Of a stretch of DNA of 64,000 nucleotides, positions 37,773-46,516 are shown in pieces. Position 1 is the first letter of the stretch, and every line of letters starts with the position of its first letter. The notes beneath the pieces are model-generated. The model saw only the letters and a program-made list of their open reading frames with translations. It searched no databases and was not told the origin of the DNA. Source of the stretch: Bacteroidia bacterium (lineage in GTDB: Bacteria > Bacteroidota > Bacteroidia > M30B66); contig OZ257142.1 of the NCBI GenBank assembly GCA_965279035.1, positions 1,888,001 to 1,952,000 of the forward strand, in the 5' to 3' direction. Both the position numbers and the translations under genes were made by a program.

Positions 37773-38168
37773 ATGAAGCGATTTGTCCTTTTTCTTTCGA
37801 TTGTATTTGCTGGATTCATAAGTATTTCGGCTATTCATCAAACACAAAGTCCGCTCAGTAAACTAATGCGTACGATGGCTGATGACATGAAAAAAGCCAG
37901 AGTTACTGTTATTGAAGGAAAAAAGCCAAAGAATTTCGGAAAGCATTATGATAAAATCTACACGGCAAAACCGAGTAGTGAATCGAAAAAAGGAGAGAAT
38001 TTCAAAGAATATGCAACGCTATTTCTTGCTCAAATGGATCGAATGAAAGTAGCTACTGCAGAAGATGCTAAAACCGAATACAATGCTTTAGCAAAGACCT
38101 GCATTCGATGTCACGAAAGCTATTGCCCCGGACCGATTAGCATGTTGCGAAAACTCAATATTCCTTAA
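37773..38168 (+). CDS. Small exported class II (c'-like) cytochrome c
   Basis: Signal peptide; helical body; C-terminal CIRCH followed by CPGP. Confidence 0.65.
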   Translation: MKRFVLFLSIVFAGFISISAIHQTQSPLSKLMRTMADDMKKARVTVIEGKKPKNFGKHYDKIYTAKPSSESKKGENFKEYATLFLAQMDRMKVATAEDAKTEYNALAKTCIRCHESYCPGPISMLRKLNIP

Positions 38169-38173
38169 AATAT

Positions 38174-38209
38174 AAAAGCCCTGAAAGCAATTTTCAGGGC
38201 TTTTTTTTT
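38174..38209. terminator. Bidirectional terminator between the cytochrome gene and dnaX
   Basis: AAAAGCCCTGAAA-gcaat-TTTCAGGGCTTTT perfect inverted repeat plus T run. Confidence 0.85.
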
Positions 38210-39896
38210 AATCAGGTTGAAGTCCCAATTTCTGCCTTAAAATTCCAAAGGAAGGATTTCGTTCTTCCATTGCTTTTAATTTTTCTTCAGCAGTATAAGG
38301 GCGAAATGTTTTTGTTGATTCAGATTTATCTAAAATAAAATCAAGCGAATAATTACGAAGTTCTTTTCTTAAAAAGCCTACTAAATTTGGTTTTTCGAGT
38401 TCGAGTTCACGTAATTGACTATCGTTATGAACTTGATATTTAACTTTATAATTCTCTGCCAATTCAGGTTCACTTAAGGTAAGTGTTCCAAGCATTGCTT
38501 TTCTTCCTTCTACAAGCAATTGATCACAATACGATTTCCAAACTCTTTTTAAATCATTCAATTCGAAATGCTGATTAGGGATTTCTTCGGTCACTGAATG
38601 TGTGACTTCAACCTGTTTTTTTTCTTGATCAGCAGTATTGCCCTTTTTTAAATGTTGATTGATTGAAACCGTCCTCAAAGGAGCATTTCCTCTGAAATTT
38701 AATACTGGTTTCTTTTCTATTTCAGGAACTGGAATGTTTGGAATTACTGGCGTTGATGGAATTGAACTCCTTATTTCAGGATTTTTTTTTTCTTCGGGAG
38801 AAACTTGAATCATACTCAATTGGAGCAATGCCAATTCAATATTCAAACGTTGATTTTTACTCATTCGTAAATTCTGTTCTGTCTTACTTAACAGATCAAG
38901 TGCACGAATTAATTCTACCGGAGAACATTGCTGACTCTGAGTTTGATATCTACTTTTAATTCCAGCACTTACTTCCAAAAGAGGTAGTGTAACAGCATCT
39001 TGACAAACCAATAAATTCCGAAAATGCTCCGCTAATCCTGAAATGAGATTGGATCCTTCAAAACCTTTTTCTAAAACGGTGTTGAATAACAGAAGAGCTT
39101 CAGAATATCTTCCTGCCCATAAATCTTCAGTTAGACGAAAGTAATATTCATAATCTAGGACATTCAAATTTTCGATTGCTCGATCGTAAGTAATGCTGGT
39201 TCCGCCTGAGAAACTAACAATTTGGTCGAACATCGATAAGGCATCACGTAAGCCTCCATCAGCTTTTTGAGCAATGACGTGCAATGCATCCGGATCTGCT
39301 TCAATTTTTTCGCTTTTAGCAACAAAGGCTAAATGGTTTGCGATATCATCAACCTTAATTCGGTTGAACGTAAAAACCTGGCAACGTGAAAGTATCGTTG
39401 GTAAAATTTTATGACGCTCCGTAGTTGCTAGAATGAAAATAGCATGTGCTGGCGGTTCTTCTAGCGTTTTGAGAAAGGCATTGAATGCAGCCGAACTAAG
39501 CATATGAACCTCATCAATAATATAGATGGAATATTTTCCAACTTGAGGTGCAAAGCGAACCTGATCAATCAATGCACGAATATCATCCACCGAATTATTC
39601 GATGCAGCATCTAATTCATGAATATTAAAGGAAGCGTTTTGATTAAAGGAAGTGCAACTCTCACAAGCATTACAGGGTTCTGTATCGGCTGATAAATTGA
39701 AGCAGTTGATGGTTTTAGCTAATATCCTTGCACAGGTCGTTTTTCCAACTCCTCTCGGCCCACAAAAAAGAAATGCTTGAGCTAACTGATTAATTCGAAT
39801 CGCATTCTTTAACGTACTTGTAATAGTCTCTTGTCCAACTACCGAATGAAAGGTGACTGGACGATATTTTCTCGCGGAGACGATGAAGTTTTCCAT
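38208..39896 (-). CDS. dnaX: DNA polymerase III subunit gamma/tau
   Basis: ARKYRP, GPRGVGKTT, ELDAASN, IIDEVHMLS, TILSRC; start MENF (39896) just after a -7 box at 39900-39907. Confidence 0.95.
   Translation of the reverse strand: MENFIVSARKYRPVTFHSVVGQETITSTLKNAIRINQLAQAFLFCGPRGVGKTTCARILAKTINCFNLSADTEPCNACESCTSFNQNASFNIHELDAASNNSVDDIRALIDQVRFAPQVGKYSIYIIDEVHMLSSAAFNAFLKTLEEPPAHAIFILATTERHKILPTILSRCQVFTFNRIKVDDIANHLAFVAKSEKIEADPDALHVIAQKADGGLRDALSMFDQIVSFSGGTSITYDRAIENLNVLDYEYYFRLTEDLWAGRYSEALLLFNTVLEKGFEGSNLISGLAEHFRNLLVCQDAVTLPLLEVSAGIKSRYQTQSQQCSPVELIRALDLLSKTEQNLRMSKNQRLNIELALLQLSMIQVSPEEKKNPEIRSSIPSTPVIPNIPVPEIEKKPVLNFRGNAPLRTVSINQHLKKGNTADQEKKQVEVTHSVTEEIPNQHFELNDLKRVWKSYCDQLLVEGRKAMLGTLTLSEPELAENYKVKYQVHNDSQLRELELEKPNLVGFLRKELRNYSLDFILDKSESTKTFRPYTAEEKLKAMEERNPSFGILRQKLGLQPD
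38771..38791 (-). other. Candidate programmed slippage/frameshift site (A10) in dnaX
   Basis: GAA AAA AAA AAT CCT GAA ATA A; stops follow immediately in both shifted frames. Confidence 0.6.
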
Positions 39897-40080
39897 GTAC
39901 AAATATAACCCGATGGATTCCCTGTTCCGAGGATGTTAACATCTTTTGAAAATATCGCTTTGATGCAGATTTAGCTATAACACAAGAATGAAAAATGGAT
40001 AAAATGTTGAAGTAATTTATATTTGAAATTCAGAAAACAATCAAGCATTCAAATTGTCTCTTAGGAAACAATTCTACATC

Positions 40081-40581
40081 ATGAAAAAAATCCTCGCATT
40101 CGTATTGCCTTTTGGAATTCTATTTTCTTCGTGCGGTGATTCAACGAAGCCTGTTGAAACACCCAAAGCCGATACGAGTTCAGTCAAAACTCCAACTACT
40201 CCCGGAGAGGCAAAAATTACCATTACCGTTACTGGTTCTAGCATGGCTGATATGGCGTATGAACCAACATCGACTTCTGTAAAAGCGGGCGATAACGTAA
40301 CACTCACATTAATTAATACCAACACAATGGAAGGAATGATTCATAATTGGGTGCTGGTAAAATTGGGGACAGGACAAGAAGTAGCAACAGCGGCAATTGC
40401 TGCAGGAATGGATAAAGGATATATTCCCGAAAATCCCAACGTGATTGCGGCATCTCCATTAGCTAAACCTAAAGAAACCGTAAGCTTTACTTTTACAGCT
40501 CCTGCTGCAGGTTCGTATAATTACATCTGCACTTTTCCAGGGCATTTTCCAAAAATGTTGGGGAAATTAATTGTTGAATAA
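40081..40581 (+). CDS. Azurin/auracyanin-like blue copper lipoprotein
   Basis: Lipobox FSSC; type-1 Cu ligands HNWV and CTFPGH...M; -7 box TATATTTG at 40018-40025. Confidence 0.88.
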   Translation: MKKILAFVLPFGILFSSCGDSTKPVETPKADTSSVKTPTTPGEAKITITVTGSSMADMAYEPTSTSVKAGDNVTLTLINTNTMEGMIHNWVLVKLGTGQEVATAAIAAGMDKGYIPENPNVIAASPLAKPKETVSFTFTAPAAGSYNYICTFPGHFPKMLGKLIVE

Positions 40582-40590
40582 AGAAAATTT

Positions 40591-40624
40591 GCGCGGCTTG
40601 AAGCATATTCTTAGCCGCGCTTTT
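40591..40624 (+). terminator. Terminator after the azurin-like gene
   Basis: GCGCGGCT...AGCCGCGC followed by TTTT. Confidence 0.65.
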
Positions 40625-40702
40625 ATCTAATCAACAACAGATCTCTGACAACTTTTTAAATTAATACATTGGATTTATTTCTGACTAGTTACTTTTGGAA
40701 TT

Positions 40703-41026
40703 ATGAATCCGATTAGCAATGTCGTACAACGTTTTCCTGTTCTTGGAAATAAGTATTTTCTAGTCATTGCTGGATTTTTAATTTGGATTTTATTCTTTGA
40801 TTCTAATAGCCTCATATCACAATACGAAGACAGGCAAGTATTGTACGAATTGAAAAAGGAGAAGCGATACTATCAAGAAGAAATTAGTAAAACACAAGAA
40901 CAGCTTAATGAATTGAAAACAGACAACCGTAGCCTCGAGAAATTTGCACGGGAGAAATATAAAATGAAAAAGGATAACGAGGAAATCTGGTTAGTTGTTG
41001 ATAAAACACCTAAGACGAAGGAATAA
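40703..41026 (+). CDS. Septum formation initiator (FtsB/DivIC family)
   Basis: NKY...FLIWILFFD transmembrane segment, coiled coil, LEKFAREKY.MK..NE. Confidence 0.85.
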   Translation: MNPISNVVQRFPVLGNKYFLVIAGFLIWILFFDSNSLISQYEDRQVLYELKKEKRYYQEEISKTQEQLNELKTDNRSLEKFAREKYKMKKDNEEIWLVVDKTPKTKE

Positions 41027-41086
41027 GAAATTCACGATTCATAAGGGAAACGATTTTATTACTTTTGTTCTCCTACCTGAACGCCC

Positions 41087-42898
41087 TTGGAACCTTTGTT
41101 TTCAGAATTTCCCGCTACACATTTTGATGATTGGAAAGCACGTTTGCTGAAAGATCTCAAAGCAGATTCAATCGATCGCATTCTTACTACGCAAATCGAA
41201 GAAATTACTACACCTGTTTACCTTGAACAGGAAAATGCTCCCAAGGCCAATTCCATTGCAGGAAGTCGAATCGCTCATCATCCCGAATTTGCCTTTTCCA
41301 ACGAATGGGAATTTTGTGTGAATGTCGATACTGCCGACCTTGTACTAGCTAATAAACAAGCATTAACAGCACTCGAACATGGAGCTTCAACAGTTCGTTT
41401 TACGGGTCATGAAATCAGCAATCAAGAGGAATTAATTCTCACCTTAAATAAAATCCTCCCCGAAATTGCCCGTATCCATTTCGATTGCGGGGAAGCATCC
41501 GCCTCTTTACTTTTTATGTATCAGGATGAAATTGCTCGTCGCAAACTCGATCCTCTTAGCATTCATGGTTCTGTAAGTCTCGATCCAATTGGTGATTTTG
41601 CATTTTCCGGAACGTTTCCATACAGCAAAGAAGAAAGCATTCAACTGCTTCAAGCCAGTGTCGATTTTGCAAGTACCAATTTACCGCTTTTTAAGACCAT
41701 TTCCGTTCAATCCGCTCGTTGGCATAATGCCGGAGCTTCTGCCGCTCAGGAATTGGCTTTTTCTATTTCAATCCTCAATGAATACCTTATTGAATTAGGA
41801 GCTGATAAAGAAAAAACTGCACGTTCCATGCAATTGAGAATGGCTTCTGGTGCAGAATATTTTCAACAAATTGCCAAATTCAGAAGTATCCGATTGCTTT
41901 GGAATATGCTTCTTCAAGGTCATGGTTTGGATGCGAATAATCTTCCGCTATGGCTTTGTACCGAAACGGCATTACGCAACAAAACGACGTACGATCCCTA
42001 TTTAAATTTGCTCCGATCTACAACCGAAACGATGGCTGCTGTCATTGCTGGTACCGACGAGCATACTGTTCATCCTCACGATTGCTTATTCAAAATTCCG
42101 GATATCGCTTCGCGCAGAATAGCGCTCAATATTCAGCATTTGCTTCACGATGAAAGTAATTTGGATAAAGTATCCGATGCTGCTTCTGGCGCTTATGTGA
42201 TTGAAAAAATGACTTCTGATTTGACCCAACAAGCTTGGGAACTTTTTCTCCAAATTGAAGCAAAAGGTGGTTTTGTTGCAGCCTTACGTTCCGGTTTTAT
42301 TCAAGAATTGATAGTTCGTAATCGAGCACAAATTGAAAACTCAATCCGAATGCGAAAGCGCTCTATCGTTGGCGTTTCGAGTTTTGCCGTTCCTCAATCG
42401 AAAGTACATGTTGAAATTCAATCTCAACGTGATCCACTTTCTAAATTGCCCGAAATTAAAGTGGTTGAAGAGTTTCGCGAAGCAGCCATATTCGAATCAT
42501 TGCGCAGAACATTTACGATGGATGGAAATCCCAATACCTTTTTAGCTGTTTTTGGTGATCCAATAAAACGTGCTGCACGTGCCGGTTTTGCTGCCGAATT
42601 TATTGCCATAGGAGGATTCATTCCCAAAAAAGGTGATGCTCAAGTTACACTCATTGATCAATTACATAGTGATGCTGCCCAATCAGCTCAAGTCATTATT
42701 CTTTGTGCTGCCGATGAAGACTATTTAGTTGCTGTTGAAACGATTCTCAAAGATGGCTGGCCAAGTGTACCTGTCCTCATTGCAGGAAAACCTTCCAACC
42801 AAAAAGAACTAGAAGAATTAGGCGTACACGATTTTATTTTTATTGGTTGCGACGCTGCCAATGTGTTGGGTGGTTTAAGTGAAGAAGTTCTCCATTAA
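41087..42898 (+). CDS. mutA: Methylmalonyl-CoA mutase small (non-catalytic) subunit
   Basis: LFSEFP....W, HNAGA...QELA, IAKFR..R.LW, DPY.NLLRSTTE; lacks DxHxxG; directly upstream of the large subunit. Confidence 0.85.
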   Translation: MEPLFSEFPATHFDDWKARLLKDLKADSIDRILTTQIEEITTPVYLEQENAPKANSIAGSRIAHHPEFAFSNEWEFCVNVDTADLVLANKQALTALEHGASTVRFTGHEISNQEELILTLNKILPEIARIHFDCGEASASLLFMYQDEIARRKLDPLSIHGSVSLDPIGDFAFSGTFPYSKEESIQLLQASVDFASTNLPLFKTISVQSARWHNAGASAAQELAFSISILNEYLIELGADKEKTARSMQLRMASGAEYFQQIAKFRSIRLLWNMLLQGHGLDANNLPLWLCTETALRNKTTYDPYLNLLRSTTETMAAVIAGTDEHTVHPHDCLFKIPDIASRRIALNIQHLLHDESNLDKVSDAASGAYVIEKMTSDLTQQAWELFLQIEAKGGFVAALRSGFIQELIVRNRAQIENSIRMRKRSIVGVSSFAVPQSKVHVEIQSQRDPLSKLPEIKVVEEFREAAIFESLRRTFTMDGNPNTFLAVFGDPIKRAARAGFAAEFIAIGGFIPKKGDAQVTLIDQLHSDAAQSAQVIILCAADEDYLVAVETILKDGWPSVPVLIAGKPSNQKELEELGVHDFIFIGCDAANVLGGLSEEVLH

Positions 42899-42915
42899 TT
42901 TCTAAAAGCTAAATC

Positions 42916-45039
42916 ATGCGCCCCGATTTCTCTCATATACAAATACCCAATCTCATAGCCGATTCTGAAACTGAACGTGATTGGCTTTCTCCTGAAGGAA
43001 TTCCAATCAAGCCCTATTTTCAAGTTTCCGATTTAAACGGCGTCGATCATTTGCATTTTTCTGCCGGATTGCCACCATTTCTGCGCGGTCCGTATTCCAG
43101 CATGTATGTAACTCGTCCTTGGACGATTCGCCAATATGCTGGATTTTCGACTGCCGAAGAAAGCAATGCCTTTTATAAAAAGAATTTAGCTGGTGGACAA
43201 AAAGGGCTTTCTGTTGCGTTCGATTTAGCAACGCACCGAGGATACGACAGTGATCACGAAAGGGTAGAAGGAGATGTTGGAAAAGCAGGTGTGGCGATAG
43301 ATTCGGTAGAGGACATGAAAATCTTGTTTGATCAAATTCCCTTGGATCAGATGAGCGTCTCGATGACCATGAATGGAGCAGTTTTGCCGATTATGGCTTT
43401 TTTCATTGTGGCTGCCGAAGAGCAAGGTGTGAAAGAAGAATTCCTCAGCGGAACCATTCAGAATGATATTTTGAAGGAGTTTATGGTGCGTAATACGTAC
43501 ATCTATCCACCAGCTCCGAGTATGCGCATCATTGCTGATATTTTTGCTTACACAGCTCAGCGCATGCCTAAATTTAACAGCATCAGCATTAGTGGTTATC
43601 ACATGCATGAAGCAGGCGCAACGGCTGATATTGAATTAGCTTACACGCTTAGTGATGGTTTAGAATACATACGCACTGGAATTGAAGCTGGTTTGAAAGT
43701 GGATGAATTCGCGCCACGTCTTTCCTTTTTCTGGGGAATAGGCATGAATCATTTTATGGAAATTGCTAAGATGCGCGCCGGTCGTATGCTTTGGGCAAAA
43801 CTGATTCAATCGTTTGATCCAAATTCGGTGAAATCCTTGATGTTGAGAACACATTGTCAAACGAGTGGCTGGAGCTTAACCGAACAGGATCCGTATAACA
43901 ACGTTGCTCGCACCACGGTTGAAGCATTAGCTGCTGTTTTAGGTGGAACACAAAGCTTACATACCAATGCCCTTGACGAAGCCATCGCATTACCAACAGA
44001 TGCATCGGCACGCATAGCACGAAATACCCAATTGTTTATTCAACAAGAAACTGGTGTAACAAAATTCATCGATCCTTGGGCAGGTTCTTATTACGTTGAA
44101 AAACTCACCGCCGATTTAGCTAGAAAAGCCTGGGAACTTATAGAAGAAGTGGAGAAGTTAGGTGGAATGGCGAAAGCGATTGAAACAGGAATTCCTAAAA
44201 TGCGCATCGAGGAAGCGGCTGCAAAAAAACAAGCAAGAATTGATGCTGGAGCGGAAGTGATTGTTGGTGTAAATCGATATCAGGTAAACGAAGAAACGGA
44301 TTTGGAAATTCGTGAAGTAGATAATACCCAAGTTCGTTTACAGCAACTGGCGAGATTAGCTCAAATCAAAAAAACGAGGAATCAAAAAGCAGTAGATCAA
44401 GCCTTGAATGCCTTGACTACAGCCGCCCAGAACAAATCAGGCAATTTGCTCGAATTGAGCGTAAATGCTGCTCGTGTTAGAGCAACATTAGGTGAAATTT
44501 CTTGGGCTTTAGAAAAAGTATATGGTCGTTATCAAGCTACCATTCGAAGTATTTCTGGTGTATATAATAACGAAGTGAAAAATAATCCTCAACTCGAAAA
44601 AGCACGTCAAATGGCTGATGAATTTTCGGCATTAGCTGGTCGTCGTCCACGTATTTTAGTTGCTAAAATGGGACAAGATGGTCATGATCGCGGTGCGAAA
44701 GTTATAAGTACCGGTTTTGCTGATATTGGGTTTGATGTGGATATTGGACCTTTGTTTCAAACTCCTGCCGAAGTTGCCAAACAAGCACTCGAAAACGATG
44801 TGCATATTTTAGGTGTTTCGTCATTAGCTGGTGGACATAAAACCTTAATTCCACAAGTGATTGAAGAATTAAAAAAAGCATGTCGATCGGATATTTTGGT
44901 TGTTGCTGGCGGTGTAATTCCTCAACAGGATTATGCGTATTTATTTGATGCTGGTGTGGCAGCTGTGTTTGGACCTGGAACAAGCATTCCTATTGCCGCT
45001 CAGGAAGTTTTGAGTATTTTAATTGAGGGATATTCTTAA
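42916..45039 (+). CDS. scpA: Methylmalonyl-CoA mutase large subunit (B12-dependent)
   Basis: [39 protein letters not shown]12-binding motif. Confidence 0.96.
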   Translation: MRPDFSHIQIPNLIADSETERDWLSPEGIPIKPYFQVSDLNGVDHLHFSAGLPPFLRGPYSSMYVTRPWTIRQYAGFSTAEESNAFYKKNLAGGQKGLSVAFDLATHRGYDSDHERVEGDVGKAGVAIDSVEDMKILFDQIPLDQMSVSMTMNGAVLPIMAFFIVAAEEQGVKEEFLSGTIQNDILKEFMVRNTYIYPPAPSMRIIADIFAYTAQRMPKFNSISISGYHMHEAGATADIELAYTLSDGLEYIRTGIEAGLKVDEFAPRLSFFWGIGMNHFMEIAKMRAGRMLWAKLIQSFDPNSVKSLMLRTHCQTSGWSLTEQDPYNNVARTTVEALAAVLGGTQSLHTNALDEAIALPTDASARIARNTQLFIQQETGVTKFIDPWAGSYYVEKLTADLARKAWELIEEVEKLGGMAKAIETGIPKMRIEEAAAKKQARIDAGAEVIVGVNRYQVNEETDLEIREVDNTQVRLQQLARLAQIKKTRNQKAVDQALNALTTAAQNKSGNLLELSVNAARVRATLGEISWALEKVYGRYQATIRSISGVYNNEVKNNPQLEKARQMADEFSALAGRRPRILVAKMGQDGHDRGAKVISTGFADIGFDVDIGPLFQTPAEVAKQALENDVHILGVSSLAGGHKTLIPQVIEELKKACRSDILVVAGGVIPQQDYAYLFDAGVAAVFGPGTSIPIAAQEVLSILIEGYS

Positions 45040-45103
45040 AGAGATTTTTGGATTTTTTCTATCTTAAAATAATTAATAAAATTGTCAGATTAATTCGTTT
45101 GAA

Positions 45104-46399
45104 TTACTCCTTTTTTATGAAAATTCCATGAAATTCATCCGAACGATATTGATAAATTCCTGCTTGTAATTCACGAATATCAATTTTTTCATTTGCATTT
45201 AAATGCCCTGATTTTACACACTTTCCTAAAGAATTATATAAATAATAATTTTGATTTTTCGTTGAATTCATTTGAATAAAATCGCTTGTTGGATTAGGAA
45301 ATAAATTCATTGTATTATTGAATGTTTTTGCATTTTCAATTGCCTGAATTGAACCAAATAGTGATTCGAAATTTTGAGCATATTCATACGATTCCACATT
45401 GCATGAATTCACAGCATCCCAATTGATCGACCAAGTCATCATACCTCCTAAATCGGGATATCCAGCTGTTTGTGTTAAAACATAATTCCCCGGTTGATTT
45501 CCGGTTCCTCTTAAATAATGAATTGCCGATTGTACAATTTCTGTTGAAGTAAATCCACCGCCTGCTGCACTCGAACAAGCTGGTAAACCAACAACTACTT
45601 TGTTCGCTGAAAATCCTGCGAAATTCCCTCCAGAAGTGTTAAATCCTTGAATTAAGGCTTCGCTCATTGCAACAATAAAATCAGCACTAGCTTGCGTATA
45701 AATTCCACCATCAATTCCATATACACTTCCCGAATTATACAATTGAACATGAATGTAATTTATATCATTTCGTAATGCATCTAAAATGGGTAAATATCCA
45801 CCCCAAATTCCACCATATGCCGACATTCCGCCTTGCACATACGCTGTTTCAGGAGCAAACGTCAACATCATGTCATGTGATTTTACACTTAAAAAGTGGG
45901 ATTTAATTTGACGAATTGCTTCAATCAAATTCAAACAATCGGCAGAACTCGGATTAGCAATTGTGCCGCTTGCTAAAATGGAATTTCCATGTTCAATATC
46001 GATATCAATTCCATCAAAAGAATAGGTATCCAACAATGAATTCATCGAATTAATAAATACATCGCGGCTAGCTAAATCAGGAAGTGAAATGCTTGTGTTC
46101 GCTCCTCCAATGCTTAATAACACTTTCTTTCCTAGACCTTGTAAAGCTTGAATTTGTGTGTTGAATGTACTTTCAGAAACTGTTTCAGGAACAAATACCA
46201 TCGTCATATCCGAAGGTGAAACCGGCTCTCCAAAGGAAACACATACAACATCGTAACGAGAATCAATTTGATCCAATGGAATATATGGTGCATTAGCATC
46301 ATTCCAGTTTTGCCAATAACCAATCAATACTGGGTTTTGTGAAAATCCTAAAAAGTGAGAAAGCAAGAGTATTAAGAGTATGGAAAATATCTTTTTCAT
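45104..46399 (-). CDS. GH18 chitinase with T9SS type-A CTD
   Basis: GYWQNW, KVLLSIGGA, FDGIDIDIE (DxDxE), QLYNSG, MTWSINWD; CTD LFPNPT. Confidence 0.9.
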   Translation of the reverse strand: MKKIFSILLILLLSHFLGFSQNPVLIGYWQNWNDANAPYIPLDQIDSRYDVVCVSFGEPVSPSDMTMVFVPETVSESTFNTQIQALQGLGKKVLLSIGGANTSISLPDLASRDVFINSMNSLLDTYSFDGIDIDIEHGNSILASGTIANPSSADCLNLIEAIRQIKSHFLSVKSHDMMLTFAPETAYVQGGMSAYGGIWGGYLPILDALRNDINYIHVQLYNSGSVYGIDGGIYTQASADFIVAMSEALIQGFNTSGGNFAGFSANKVVVGLPACSSAAGGGFTSTEIVQSAIHYLRGTGNQPGNYVLTQTAGYPDLGGMMTWSINWDAVNSCNVESYEYAQNFESLFGSIQAIENAKTFNNTMNLFPNPTSDFIQMNSTKNQNYYLYNSLGKCVKSGHLNANEKIDIRELQAGIYQYRSDEFHGIFIKKE

Positions 46400-46516
46400 A
46401 ATTCAATTTCGTTCATCAAATATATTCCTAAATCAGTGTAATAATTTAATTTCTCCTAGAGTGATGAAGTACATGAATTCATTCTCATTTTCTACCTTCG
46501 CGCATCAATCATTCCC

